Positions 1 through 9,570 of a DNA stretch of 64,000 bases are shown here, piece by piece. Source of the stretch: Verrucomicrobiota bacterium. Its GTDB lineage: Bacteria; Verrucomicrobiota; Verrucomicrobiia; Limisphaerales; AAA164-E04. The position numbers and the translations under genes are program-made. The notes beneath the pieces were generated by a model. That model saw nothing but the letters and a program-made list of their open reading frames with translations, had not been told where the DNA came from and made no database searches. Numbering within the stretch: position 1 is the stretch's first letter; each line of letters begins with the position of its first letter. Where the stretch lies: assembly GCA_047947115.1 (NCBI GenBank), contig CP170459.1, forward strand, positions 4,288,001 through 4,352,000, given 5' to 3'.

Positions 1-282
1 GCCGCACATCTCCCGGGCATGGTGGCCAGTCATACGCCGCTCCCCGTTATCGGCGTCCCCGTGCAGAGCAAAGCATTGAATGGTCTCGACTCCCTGCTGT
101 CCATTGTCCAAATGCCAGGAGGCATTCCCGTGGCGACGGTCGCCATTGGAAACGCCAAAAACGCTGGATTACTGGCCATTTCCATCCTGGCTTCACAAGA
201 TCCCGGGCTTCAGAAAAAGCTCATGGATTACAAGCAGCAGATGGCGGAAGAGTCTCGCAAGAAAACTGCCAACCTGATCTGA
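1..282 (+). CDS. purE: N5-carboxyaminoimidazole ribonucleotide mutase (5' truncated by window edge)
   Basis: Frame open from base 1: [21 protein letters not shown]...[21 protein letters not shown], the PurE signature. Confidence 0.97.
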   Translation, partial: AAHLPGMVASHTPLPVIGVPVQSKALNGLDSLLSIVQMPGGIPVATVAIGNAKNAGLLAISILASQDPGLQKKLMDYKQQMAEESRKKTANLI

Positions 283-418
283 ACATTAAACGCTGATTCG
301 AAGGAGCTTGAGATTACCTTTGCAGAGTTCCCTGGAAATGGGGAAACCACATGGAAAGCGCCTGGGATCCCGACTCGTCGGGATTTTACCTTTTGCTTGG
401 GCATTCGAGGGCATTGAT

Positions 419-2983
419 TCAGGGTTTGCGGCGTTCAATCATGGATTTGACTCCGTCCACATCCAGGCGCTTTACGGGAAGCTCCCATCCAAGAGTGTCC
501 CCGTTGGGTTGAAATCCGTTGCCGTCCACATCCACATAGATGGGATTATGATAGGCACAAGGTTTCCAGGAAGCCTGGGAACTGGTGCCATATCCAATGG
601 ATAGATCTTCATTTTCCCCATACGCGACCACCATCAAATGGCTGTCTTCACTGAGTGGAACTTCAATGGTTTGTTCAAAAGCAATAAGTCCTTTCTGAAA
701 CATGTCCGGATGTGAAGCGGCAGTATAGTTGAGTGAAGGAACCTTTCGACTGTTCACGAGCACCTGCACCCTATCAATCTTGATCCAGTCAGTGCATTGA
801 ACCTTGACTTTCACTCTGATGGAACCCTGGGCTCGTGTGAAACCTCCGCTGATTTGACCATCCTCCGTTTCCACCTCCAGAAAGGGGCCCGTAGTCATCA
901 TCATTCGACCCGCTTTGGCATTACGAACAATTTCCTGCCAGTCAATTTCAGAAGGATTGTCTGTTGAGGATGGCACGTAGCTCCTCCATCCACCGACTCC
1001 GTTGCCATGAACCGAATGGGCATCTGAAACGGCAATGCTCCACATCTTGCGTCCCGTATTGAGCAATTGTCGCCAGACAAATTCACGGTGATTTCTGACA
1101 ATCGGTTGCTTGTTGGCGGCCTCGGCGATGTAATAAGGCGCATCTGCAAGGATGTTCAATCCCCAAACCTCGGCGGCATCCACCATATTTTCGAGCCCTA
1201 CATACCCCAGGTCCGGGCGCCCGTCACCGTTTCGATCAACAAAATCCGCCACTGTATCAGGGTGATTGAGATGCACCCAGCGTTCTGCCATGGCCCCCTG
1301 GAAATCACGTAATACAATGGCATTAAGTCGCGGATCTTTCTGCCACTGCGGGGCACCATGGTCTTGCGTGAAAGGTGTGGGCGTAAATGGAAAGGCATTG
1401 AAATGCGCACCGGATCCGGTGAGTTCGAGCCCTGGAACACTTAGCATTTCCTGCGCTAATCCAAGTTTTTCAATATGAGGTGTCCAGTCGTATAAACGAT
1501 TGTGCTCCGTTGTCGGAACGAACTCCACCTGCTCGACGGCTAGGTTGATGATGCGATCATCAGTCTTGGTGTTGTTGTCTCCGCTTGGAGTCGAGTGATT
1601 GTGAAAATCGGTACTAACCCAACCGGTCGTATCCACCAGTCTTGTCAGCTGCCCCCCGAACTCCAAAGTGGTTTCAGGCCTAAGCTCAATGATCCTGCGA
1701 AGGTGACTGTATTCGATCCCGTGAGTGACGGTGATTTGATATTTTCCGGGCGTCACCTGAACACTGAACGCTCCATTTTCTGAATGGTATTGATCCACGC
1801 ATCCATGGGCTCGGTTTGCCGGTCCGAGATTGGGCGTTTTTGTATCATCCAATCCTTTGAATTGCACCTTGCAGGGAATAGATCGACCATGTGCATCCCG
1901 AATGTCAAAATCAATCTTTGCCGGAGCATTCATGGATGCCATCAATGGTGTGGAATCATTGGCTACAATGACAACATTTCTGGTCAGGGGGGATCGGCCA
2001 CGATCCTGAACCTCCACCTCGTATTCTCCAGATGGAAGCTGCAATGTAAACCGTCCGTCCTTGTCTGGATATGCGGTCAGAGCCGATTCCCCACGTTTGA
2101 GCGTCAGGGATGCCGTGCCAATACCACTGCCAGTCGAATCGCTGACAACACCGGTGAGTGTTCCAGCATCCGATTTTAATGTTGCGAGAAAACCAAATGC
2201 CTGGGCTGGCGAAGCACCCACCGCCACGGCCCTGGCCCACTCAACTCGTTGACCCGGCTCAATGCTGAGAGGTTCATCCCCAGGCATGATGCATCCATCC
2301 AAGTCCATCCACGCCGTTGCATATCCGCATTTATCGGCGGGATCAACGGAATCCCAAACGGTGATTCCCGCGACCTTTTTCTTGTCGTTGACGGGTTTCC
2401 ACTGATCAATGGGATCAAATGCCACAGTTTGGTCTGATTGATTATGCACATGTGTCGAGATGAGCAAACCATGCCAGTCATCTCTCAAACGGTAACGATG
2501 AACGATTTCCAATCCATCATTACTCGCAGCGGATACCAACACTTCAATGACAGCCTCCCCTGATTCCCCGGAATCCACCACCCTGACATAAGTTACCGGA
2601 CCACGCTGATTGGAGGGTGAGAAAACGGTGATTTGATCGTTGTCTGTGCCTCTGAGAGTCAAATCATACAAACAACCAGGACTGACAGCATCCCACCAGC
2701 CACCCATATCAGCCTTACGCAAGGGGGCATCACTGGAAATAACCGCTTCGATCAGATTATTCCGCATGAGAAAATCCCCTACAATGCCGTCAGCTTCTTT
2801 GCCACCGGGCAGCAAACCAGTTTGCGACTTCCCAATTTCAAGGGCTTCGGGAGAAGCCACAGACGACAGAACACTCAGTAAGAACAGAAAAACCGGAAGA
2901 AACGGAGATATATGAACACGCAAAGAGGAAGAAACGAATTTCATGATGAGAAGCATACTGCCCTGAGAAACCCACAAAACCAA
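419..2983 (-). CDS. Secreted CehA/McbA-family PHP metallohydrolase with carboxypeptidase-regulatory-like domains
   Basis: Hydrophobic signal-like N-terminus; PHP motifs DFHNHS, TEHN, HFNAFP, NHP, SDAH; true start probably ~2944. Confidence 0.75.
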   Translation of the reverse strand: MVLWVSQGSMLLIMKFVSSSLRVHISPFLPVFLFLLSVLSSVASPEALEIGKSQTGLLPGGKEADGIVGDFLMRNNLIEAVISSDAPLRKADMGGWWDAVSPGCLYDLTLRGTDNDQITVFSPSNQRGPVTYVRVVDSGESGEAVIEVLVSAASNDGLEIVHRYRLRDDWHGLLISTHVHNQSDQTVAFDPIDQWKPVNDKKKVAGITVWDSVDPADKCGYATAWMDLDGCIMPGDEPLSIEPGQRVEWARAVAVGASPAQAFGFLATLKSDAGTLTGVVSDSTGSGIGTASLTLKRGESALTAYPDKDGRFTLQLPSGEYEVEVQDRGRSPLTRNVVIVANDSTPLMASMNAPAKIDFDIRDAHGRSIPCKVQFKGLDDTKTPNLGPANRAHGCVDQYHSENGAFSVQVTPGKYQITVTHGIEYSHLRRIIELRPETTLEFGGQLTRLVDTTGWVSTDFHNHSTPSGDNNTKTDDRIINLAVEQVEFVPTTEHNRLYDWTPHIEKLGLAQEMLSVPGLELTGSGAHFNAFPFTPTPFTQDHGAPQWQKDPRLNAIVLRDFQGAMAERWVHLNHPDTVADFVDRNGDGRPDLGYVGLENMVDAAEVWGLNILADAPYYIAEAANKQPIVRNHREFVWRQLLNTGRKMWSIAVSDAHSVHGNGVGGWRSYVPSSTDNPSEIDWQEIVRNAKAGRMMMTTGPFLEVETEDGQISGGFTRAQGSIRVKVKVQCTDWIKIDRVQVLVNSRKVPSLNYTAASHPDMFQKGLIAFEQTIEVPLSEDSHLMVVAYGENEDLSIGYGTSSQASWKPCAYHNPIYVDVDGNGFQPNGDTLGWELPVKRLDVDGVKSMIERRKP

Positions 2984-3017
2984 GTCAATCCTGTGACAAT
3001 TTTCTCATATTTAGGAA

Positions 3018-3033
3018 TGGCATCAAGCTTGCG
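3018..3033 (+). promoter_or_regulatory. sigma54 (-24/-12) promoter
   Basis: TGGCATCAAGCTTGCG = GG-N10-GC with TGGCA and TTGC. Confidence 0.6.
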
Positions 3034-3043
3034 TTCTATCAAA

Positions 3044-3286
3044 TGAGACAGGAACGGATAGTACGAACAAAACATAGCAATGAGGATCAAAGGAGAAAAA
3101 GACACAAAACTGTTCCGTCCATTTAGCTAGCCGACAAACCATCTAGCCATCCAAGTTGGACACCCAGCATACAAAAAACGGGGAATCGCACAGGTAGCCG
3201 CACCTACCTTCCTCGTCCGCACGCCAACTCACCGACTTGGAGTCGCGCGCACCGACTCCCATCTCTTCGGAGATGGGAGTTTCTTT
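3044..3286 (+). ncRNA. Candidate structured small RNA (or small-peptide transcript)
   Basis: Lies between the sigma54 promoter and a + strand terminator; no long + strand ORF; several hairpins. Confidence 0.4.
3255..3286 (+). terminator. Rho-independent terminator with cUUCGg tetraloop
   Basis: ACTCCCATCTC-TTCG-GAGATGGGAGT (11-bp perfect stem) followed by TTCTTT. Confidence 0.8.
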
Positions 3287-3318
3287 AATTAAGCCAACAG
3301 AGGGCAAAGGTGAAACTT

Positions 3319-3717
3319 TCACCGGGATGATGCCGGAGTGGGTTGCTGGGGCACGATGTCCACCTTGCCTGTTTGAGGATGATAGGTTACCACCATTCCA
3401 TAAGGAGCAGTGGGTTCCTTGGCTAGCAGTCCCTCTCGAACCAAAACGGACAAACTCTCAGGATTGCGCCCCTCCAGAATCCGGTATTCCTGCAACGCCT
3501 TGTTCACCTGGGACAGTTCGAGGGTTTTATTGGCCATCTTGTTTGCGGTATTGACGGCGCCAAGATAATCGACCGGAGCGGTCAAAGGATTACCGGAAGA
3601 TTCACTGCTTTCCGCCTGTTTGCTGGTTTCCGGAGAAGTCACTGCTTCATCCTTTTTTCCACAGGCAGACAACAGAATCAGGCAAAGTAGCGAAAAGATT
3701 GATCCGATATGATTCAT
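3319..3717 (-). CDS. Hypothetical lipoprotein
   Basis: Lipobox LLSAC; abuts the upstream AsmA-like gene. Confidence 0.75.
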   Translation of the reverse strand: MNHIGSIFSLLCLILLSACGKKDEAVTSPETSKQAESSESSGNPLTAPVDYLGAVNTANKMANKTLELSQVNKALQEYRILEGRNPESLSVLVREGLLAKEPTAPYGMVVTYHPQTGKVDIVPQQPTPASSR

Positions 3718-6700
3718 TTACTGGTCCTCTTTGGCAGGTTCTTCTTGCTGTTTATTGCGGGATCCCCCCAGCTGATTGAACAGTTTGAATGGGTTGACTT
3801 GCTGTAAGACCCCGCCTGGGGATTCCTGCTCACCTTCCTTTTTGGGATCACCCGCCCCTGCTTCTTCATTCTCTTTCTTACCGGAGTCACCTACCAGGAA
3901 ATTACCGACACCTTTGAGCGCATTGACCGCGCCCTCTCCCACATTAAGAGGCAATCCGGCAGTTGATTTCATGAGGAGTCCCGAAAGGACAAGTTTGTCG
4001 GTCTTGGTTTCTGGTTTACCGACGGTTCCCTGCAGGCTGACAAAATCCGGAAGCTTTACAAACGGTGCGTCTTTCGGAGCACTGTATGGAATAAGATTGG
4101 ATTTCCTGGCAATGGATCGCTCCAGATGAAAAGCGACAGGTAAATTCAACACACTGTTGGTCAGAACATTTGCCAGGGGTATATCCCCTCCTGTGTGCAC
4201 TTGAAACGCATCGGAAAGCACTTTGGTATCCTTCAACGAAAGCACCTGGTTCTGAACGCCTACATGGGCTTCCATGCCGGTTATCGGGGCCTTCATCAAC
4301 TCAGGCAAACGCAGGAGTGCCGTGATGGGGGTCATCAACAATCGAACCGTGGGACTGACCAGTTCAATATTGGCATCCGAATATTGCATGGACATGGAGC
4401 CGCTAAGATGCTGCTGCAGGGCGGGTTCCGTGAGCCCGGCCCCTGACCAGTCACCTTTGGCTGTCAGCAACCCGCTGACCTTTCCTTTGTTGGCCGGATC
4501 AAGGGTATCGGTGAGGGCCTGAACCGGAATGTTCTGAACGTCAAAGTTCAGAACATAACCCCAGTCGGGTTTGGTGAAATCCATGTGCAAGCTGGCCTGA
4601 ACAGGTGCGTCGTTCAACTGCATCGAAACCGGTTCGAGATGCAGGGTATTGGTTTGCCAGAGCATTCGCCCTTTGAATGCCTGCAAAGAAAGTTCTCGCA
4701 TGAACAGCTTTCCGATATCCAACTGGGCATCCAACTCCCCAAGTGGCACATCAAGCGGAGCCGGGTCCGCTGATTGAGACGCGGGCTCCGGGGTTGCGTT
4801 TTGCGCCTGCGGAGTGTCCGTGGTCGTCTCAGCATGAGCCGTCAAAAGATCCATGTAAGGCGTCAAATCCATGGAAGCCGAACTGAGGTTCACGGCTGCT
4901 TTCGATGCAATACTCAGTTGCATCGGCAGGTGACCGGAAAGTTTCAGGATGTTTCCCGCCTTCGCGGTTGGAGAAAGTTTCAGCGTTCCCTCACGTATGT
5001 CAAGCTGGTCAGCGGTCCACCCCAGATCCCAAACCAATTCTGTCATCAACTTGCGAATGTCTTTCGTTTCGGCGTCTTCATATTGTAGATTGGTGATATC
5101 GACCTTGCCCTGAAAGGAACTTTCCGCTGCAGGATCCAAGTCCAATTCCCCATTCAAATCCATCCCCACATCCTTGAACGGACCTTCGCCGGAATGAACA
5201 CCCAGAACAGGCTGTAACGCGTGACGATTGATGCCGTTGGACTGAATCTTGAATGCCCCCTTCAAGGAAGCAAGGTCCAGATCCCCGCTGAGCCCAATGG
5301 AACCACCCAGTTCGTATCCTTCTTTGAACGCTACCTGAGTATTACCGAGTCGAAATTTGTCTCCTTGCAAGCTGCCATCTGTCCCAAAGTCGACTGAGGA
5401 CCGTTGAAACTGAAGGCCGGCAAAACTCCCGGTGTAATCCGACAAGGCGGTTTGAACATTGCCTGACCATCCGTCTTCCTTTTGCTGCACACGTGCAGTC
5501 AATTTCCCGCTGCCTTTTTCCACCACCAATCCATCCACGGGAAGGAACGCGGACAGCAGAGGCAGGTCGCCACTGGCATCAAGTTGTAATTGCATTCCGG
5601 GTTTTTCAATATGGTAAGCGCCCGACCCTGAAGCGGAAGCAACCACCTCTTCAGAACCGTTGACCCATTCCATTTGAATCTGATCCAATATCAGCCTCGC
5701 AAAGTCTTGAATGGTAAAACCTGTTTCCACTTTGACTCGATGATTGGCCAGGATCTGATTGTTCACGGACAAATGTGCCTTCGTCAACTCGCCGCTGCCA
5801 CTCGCCTGAATCCGCTTCCCCTGCTGTAAAAAGGCAACATCCAGATTCCCGTTTACTTCTCCCTGTTGCACGACTCCTCCCAAAAGCGAATTCCAAGGAA
5901 CCAGATCCATTTGTTTAAGACTCAACTGGAACTTTGAATCCTGAAAATTTTGGCGGTTCAGCCCCCAGGATAAGGTCACCGGTTTATCAATGTTTCCTTC
6001 CAGCCAAGTTCGATTGTTGTTGGATGCACTGACACTCCATTCACGGATGTTGACAGATTCCTGATCGGCATCATAGTGAGCGACCATTTTCAGTTCCGTG
6101 TCCATTTTCGGCAGGGCCATTCCCTGCGTTTCCAAAGAAAAATCCTTGGCAGTCGTCACGGTGCTGAGGGCGATGTAACTCCCCCCCTTGGTCAGGGAAC
6201 AGGTCAAGGTGCCGTCGATGACCGTGTCACCAAAGTCCAATCCGGCAAGCGCTCCAGCCAGGTTCAGGAACTGACGATTCAGACCGGATAAAGCCAGTTG
6301 AAGATCGCCTTCCAAGGTATCGAATTTCATCGGCCCTGAAAGCTCGATGCTTCCCGCCGCTTGCCCGTTTTTAGAAAATCGAATCGAGGCTTCATCAATG
6401 GAATCGGGTTGAACCGTCAAGGCCATGGCACCTCCGACTCCTTTCAAATCCGCATAGTCCGTCGAAGTGGACCGAACCTCGATGGAACCGGAAAGGGAAG
6501 ATTTCTTTGGGAACAGATCTGCATTCAAGTCCAAGTCCCCTTTCAGCATCATCTGAGTTGACAGCAGTTCTTCTTCTTCATTTGAGCTGGCATTGAGGGT
6601 CGTCATCCGAATCAGCGATTCCAGATTGATGGAACCGGAAAGATCTTGTCCAACTCTTGAAACATGCGCTTTAGAAAGAGCTATTTCCACCTGACTCCCT

Positions 6701-7242
6701 CCTTGATTCGCACCTTCTTTTCGATAAACGATGGTTCCGTCGACCACCTTCAGGTCATTGAGATCCAATCTGGGAAGAGGTGCATCAGGGCTGGGCGGCA
6801 GGCTGTTCAACCAATCTGTCAGATTACTGCTCCCGTCCTCGCGTTCGGTGATGGTGACTTTGGGATTCTGCAGATGAAGCTGATTTAACTTGATCGTTCC
6901 GCCGATAATGTCCCCCAGGCTGTATTGAACAGTCGCCCGTTGAGCCGAAACCATGGTTTCCTGATCGGCGGGCGAAAAATCCAGATCCTCGATTTCAATG
7001 CCTGTCAGAGGACTGAAAGAAACCTTGCCAACAGTGACCTTGGCCATCATCGAGTTTTCCACCATTGGAAGCACGATGGATCGAACAAAGAACGAGCTTC
7101 CAATTACAAGATATACTCCAATCAGCAACAAACAGCCCAGTCCTCCAGCTATCGCCGCGCGCTTGGGCCAAGGATTTTTCTTCGTGTTTTCCGCAGAATT
7201 ATCTAAGCCAGATTTTGATGGATCGTGAGTCGAATCAGTCAT
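3718..7242 (-). CDS. AsmA-family protein
   Basis: N-terminal TM anchor, long beta-rich body, AsmA-like N- and C-terminal regions, 1174 aa. Confidence 0.7.
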   Translation of the reverse strand: MTDSTHDPSKSGLDNSAENTKKNPWPKRAAIAGGLGCLLLIGVYLVIGSSFFVRSIVLPMVENSMMAKVTVGKVSFSPLTGIEIEDLDFSPADQETMVSAQRATVQYSLGDIIGGTIKLNQLHLQNPKVTITEREDGSSNLTDWLNSLPPSPDAPLPRLDLNDLKVVDGTIVYRKEGANQGGSQVEIALSKAHVSRVGQDLSGSINLESLIRMTTLNASSNEEEELLSTQMMLKGDLDLNADLFPKKSSLSGSIEVRSTSTDYADLKGVGGAMALTVQPDSIDEASIRFSKNGQAAGSIELSGPMKFDTLEGDLQLALSGLNRQFLNLAGALAGLDFGDTVIDGTLTCSLTKGGSYIALSTVTTAKDFSLETQGMALPKMDTELKMVAHYDADQESVNIREWSVSASNNNRTWLEGNIDKPVTLSWGLNRQNFQDSKFQLSLKQMDLVPWNSLLGGVVQQGEVNGNLDVAFLQQGKRIQASGSGELTKAHLSVNNQILANHRVKVETGFTIQDFARLILDQIQMEWVNGSEEVVASASGSGAYHIEKPGMQLQLDASGDLPLLSAFLPVDGLVVEKGSGKLTARVQQKEDGWSGNVQTALSDYTGSFAGLQFQRSSVDFGTDGSLQGDKFRLGNTQVAFKEGYELGGSIGLSGDLDLASLKGAFKIQSNGINRHALQPVLGVHSGEGPFKDVGMDLNGELDLDPAAESSFQGKVDITNLQYEDAETKDIRKLMTELVWDLGWTADQLDIREGTLKLSPTAKAGNILKLSGHLPMQLSIASKAAVNLSSASMDLTPYMDLLTAHAETTTDTPQAQNATPEPASQSADPAPLDVPLGELDAQLDIGKLFMRELSLQAFKGRMLWQTNTLHLEPVSMQLNDAPVQASLHMDFTKPDWGYVLNFDVQNIPVQALTDTLDPANKGKVSGLLTAKGDWSGAGLTEPALQQHLSGSMSMQYSDANIELVSPTVRLLMTPITALLRLPELMKAPITGMEAHVGVQNQVLSLKDTKVLSDAFQVHTGGDIPLANVLTNSVLNLPVAFHLERSIARKSNLIPYSAPKDAPFVKLPDFVSLQGTVGKPETKTDKLVLSGLLMKSTAGLPLNVGEGAVNALKGVGNFLVGDSGKKENEEAGAGDPKKEGEQESPGGVLQQVNPFKLFNQLGGSRNKQQEEPAKEDQ

Positions 7243-7263
7243 ACTGAATGTTTTTACAAGTCG

Positions 7264-8196
7264 TTAAGAGGACCTCTCCTTTTGTAACCAGTCTACATAA
7301 TCATGGATCCCCCGGTCCAGATCGAAAGCAGGCTGATATTCCAACTCTTTTCGGGCAAGCGAGATGTCGGCTTCGGTGAAATTCTGATAAAACGGGTATG
7401 GATTTTCGAAATAGTCCGGCTCCAGCTGTGTGCCCAGAGCTTTGTTCAGCCCCGCAACGATCTGATTGAATGATGCGGATGCACCTGATCCAATATTGTA
7501 AATCCTGGAATCCGGCGCCATCAAAGCCGCCAGCGTGGCAGCAACCACATCCTTCACGTAGACAAAATCACGCCGTTGCTCCCCATCTGTGAAAATACGC
7601 GGTCGTTTACCGGCTGCCATTTGCTGAAACAGTTGAAAAATCATGCTGGATGCGTGCCCTTTGTGAGCTTCTCGCGGTCCGTAAACATTGAAATAACGGA
7701 GTCCGACTATTTTCCAGGCCGGATGCTGCTGGTGATAATACCGTGCCAGATTGTCCAGCTGAACTTTGCTGAAGGCATAAACGTTTTGGGGAGAAGCATC
7801 GGTCGCCTCGGTCATCACCGATTGAGCCTTCCCATAGGTAGCGGCCGAGGAGGCATAAACCACCGGCGTTTGATCTCTTGAGGCCCAGTTTAACAGCATC
7901 CGGAAACTTTCCACATTGTCGCGGACCTGACGCAACTGATCGTGATCGGTCGTGTCCGTGATCGAGGCCAGGTGGAAAATGGCATCGAATGTTCCATCCC
8001 GGAATCGTTCGGAAAGTCTGAGTTCCGCCACATTCGACGCAATACAATCTCCTCTAAAGCCTTCCAGATTGGAGAAATGTCCGGACCGAAAATCATCCAC
8101 CACAACAATCCATGCATCCGGATAACGGTTTTGAAGTTCCAAAACCAGATTGGCCCCGATAAACCCGGCACCTCCTGTAACCAAAACGCTGCGCAT
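7264..8196 (-). CDS. hldD: ADP-L-glycero-D-manno-heptose 6-epimerase
   Basis: VTGGAGFIG, YASSAATYG, YAFSK, LRYFNVYGPREAHKG, RRDFVYVKD; start taken at MRSVLVTGG. Confidence 0.85.
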   Translation of the reverse strand: MRSVLVTGGAGFIGANLVLELQNRYPDAWIVVVDDFRSGHFSNLEGFRGDCIASNVAELRLSERFRDGTFDAIFHLASITDTTDHDQLRQVRDNVESFRMLLNWASRDQTPVVYASSAATYGKAQSVMTEATDASPQNVYAFSKVQLDNLARYYHQQHPAWKIVGLRYFNVYGPREAHKGHASSMIFQLFQQMAAGKRPRIFTDGEQRRDFVYVKDVVAATLAALMAPDSRIYNIGSGASASFNQIVAGLNKALGTQLEPDYFENPYPFYQNFTEADISLARKELEYQPAFDLDRGIHDYVDWLQKERSS

Positions 8197-8289
8197 AAGT
8201 TTCCAAAATGCCCTGCAAATCAAAAAAATTCAAGCCAAGGCTGAAATCCCATTGCCTTGATGAACTTGAACCGCCTAGTCTGGACCCAC

Positions 8290-9537
8290 ATGAACACGAC
8301 AGCTCCGAAGTCGGCAACATTTCAAGTCAACGAAATCAACTACAACGTTCCATCATACCCGATCGCGGTCATATGTCTGGACGGATCGGCGGATGCGTAT
8401 CTGGACGCTGCCCTGGCCCGGGATGCCATGCCCAACCTAAAGCGCATCAGCGTGGAAGGTCATCGAGCCCAGGCACGCGGAGCGTTGCCATCATTCACCA
8501 ACGTCAATAACGCCTCCATCGTCACAGGTCGCCCCCCTTCTCATCACGGCATCTGTGGCAATTACTTTTTAAATCCGGACACAGGCGAGGAGGTGATGAT
8601 GAACTCCGCTTCCTTCCTCAGAGTTTCCACCATCATGTCCGCCGCTGCCAAAGCCGGACGAAAGGTCGGGGTCGTGACCGCCAAGGAAAAATTAAGAGAT
8701 ATTTTTGCGCATCAACTGGATGGCATTGCATTCTCATCCGAAAAAGCCAATCAGGCAACGCTGGAAAAACACGGTATCAACGATGTGGAAGAACTGGTTG
8801 GCAAACCCACCCCACATATTTACAGTGGTGAAGCCAGCGTTTACGTTCTCGAGGCAGGTGTAGCCCTGCTCCGGTCGGGTCGTTCGGATTTCCTGTATTT
8901 GTCCACCACTGACTACATGCAGCACACCTATGAACCTGAGATGCCGGAATCCATCGAGTTTTACCGTCAACTGGACAACGCCATCGGCGATTTACTGGCA
9001 TTGGGCGCACGAGTCGGGATCACGGCGGACCATGGTATGAATGCCAAGCAAAAGCCCGATGGATCACCCAACGTTATTTACCTCGAAACAGCTTTGAAGG
9101 AGACCTTCGGAGACGGTTTTGCCGTGATTCTGCCCATTACGGATCCGTATGTCGTCCACCACGGTGCCCTCGGTTCCTTTGCCGTGGTGCATTGCCCCGA
9201 AAACAGCAACATCGATCAAGTGGCAGCATGGTGCAGTCAACAGGATGGAGTCACCGAGGTCCTGGATAAAAAACTGGCAGCTCAAAAACTGGAGCTGCCC
9301 GAAGATCGCATGGGTGATCTGGTGGTCATGAGCGGCCGCGATGTGGTGCTCGGACGCACACCGGCACACCACGATCTCAGCGCACTCAAAGTGGGATTAC
9401 GTTCACATGGCGGAAGGTATGAAGAAATTGTCCCGTTTGTCTTTTCGCACCCGCTCAAAAGCGATTATCAGACCAGACTGCTGGGGGATCCCCGAAATTT
9501 TGAGATCTTCGATTACACCATCAACGGTTTGCAATAA
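8290..9537 (+). CDS. phnA: Phosphonoacetate hydrolase
   Basis: VICLDG, PSFTNVNNASIVTG, YLSTTDYMQH, TADHGMNAK, PITDPYVVHHGALGS, LRSHGG; next to phnY. Confidence 0.93.
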   Translation: MNTTAPKSATFQVNEINYNVPSYPIAVICLDGSADAYLDAALARDAMPNLKRISVEGHRAQARGALPSFTNVNNASIVTGRPPSHHGICGNYFLNPDTGEEVMMNSASFLRVSTIMSAAAKAGRKVGVVTAKEKLRDIFAHQLDGIAFSSEKANQATLEKHGINDVEELVGKPTPHIYSGEASVYVLEAGVALLRSGRSDFLYLSTTDYMQHTYEPEMPESIEFYRQLDNAIGDLLALGARVGITADHGMNAKQKPDGSPNVIYLETALKETFGDGFAVILPITDPYVVHHGALGSFAVVHCPENSNIDQVAAWCSQQDGVTEVLDKKLAAQKLELPEDRMGDLVVMSGRDVVLGRTPAHHDLSALKVGLRSHGGRYEEIVPFVFSHPLKSDYQTRLLGDPRNFEIFDYTINGLQ

Positions 9538-9570
9538 GCCTTTTCCCGAACTTATATCGATCAAAAAGAC

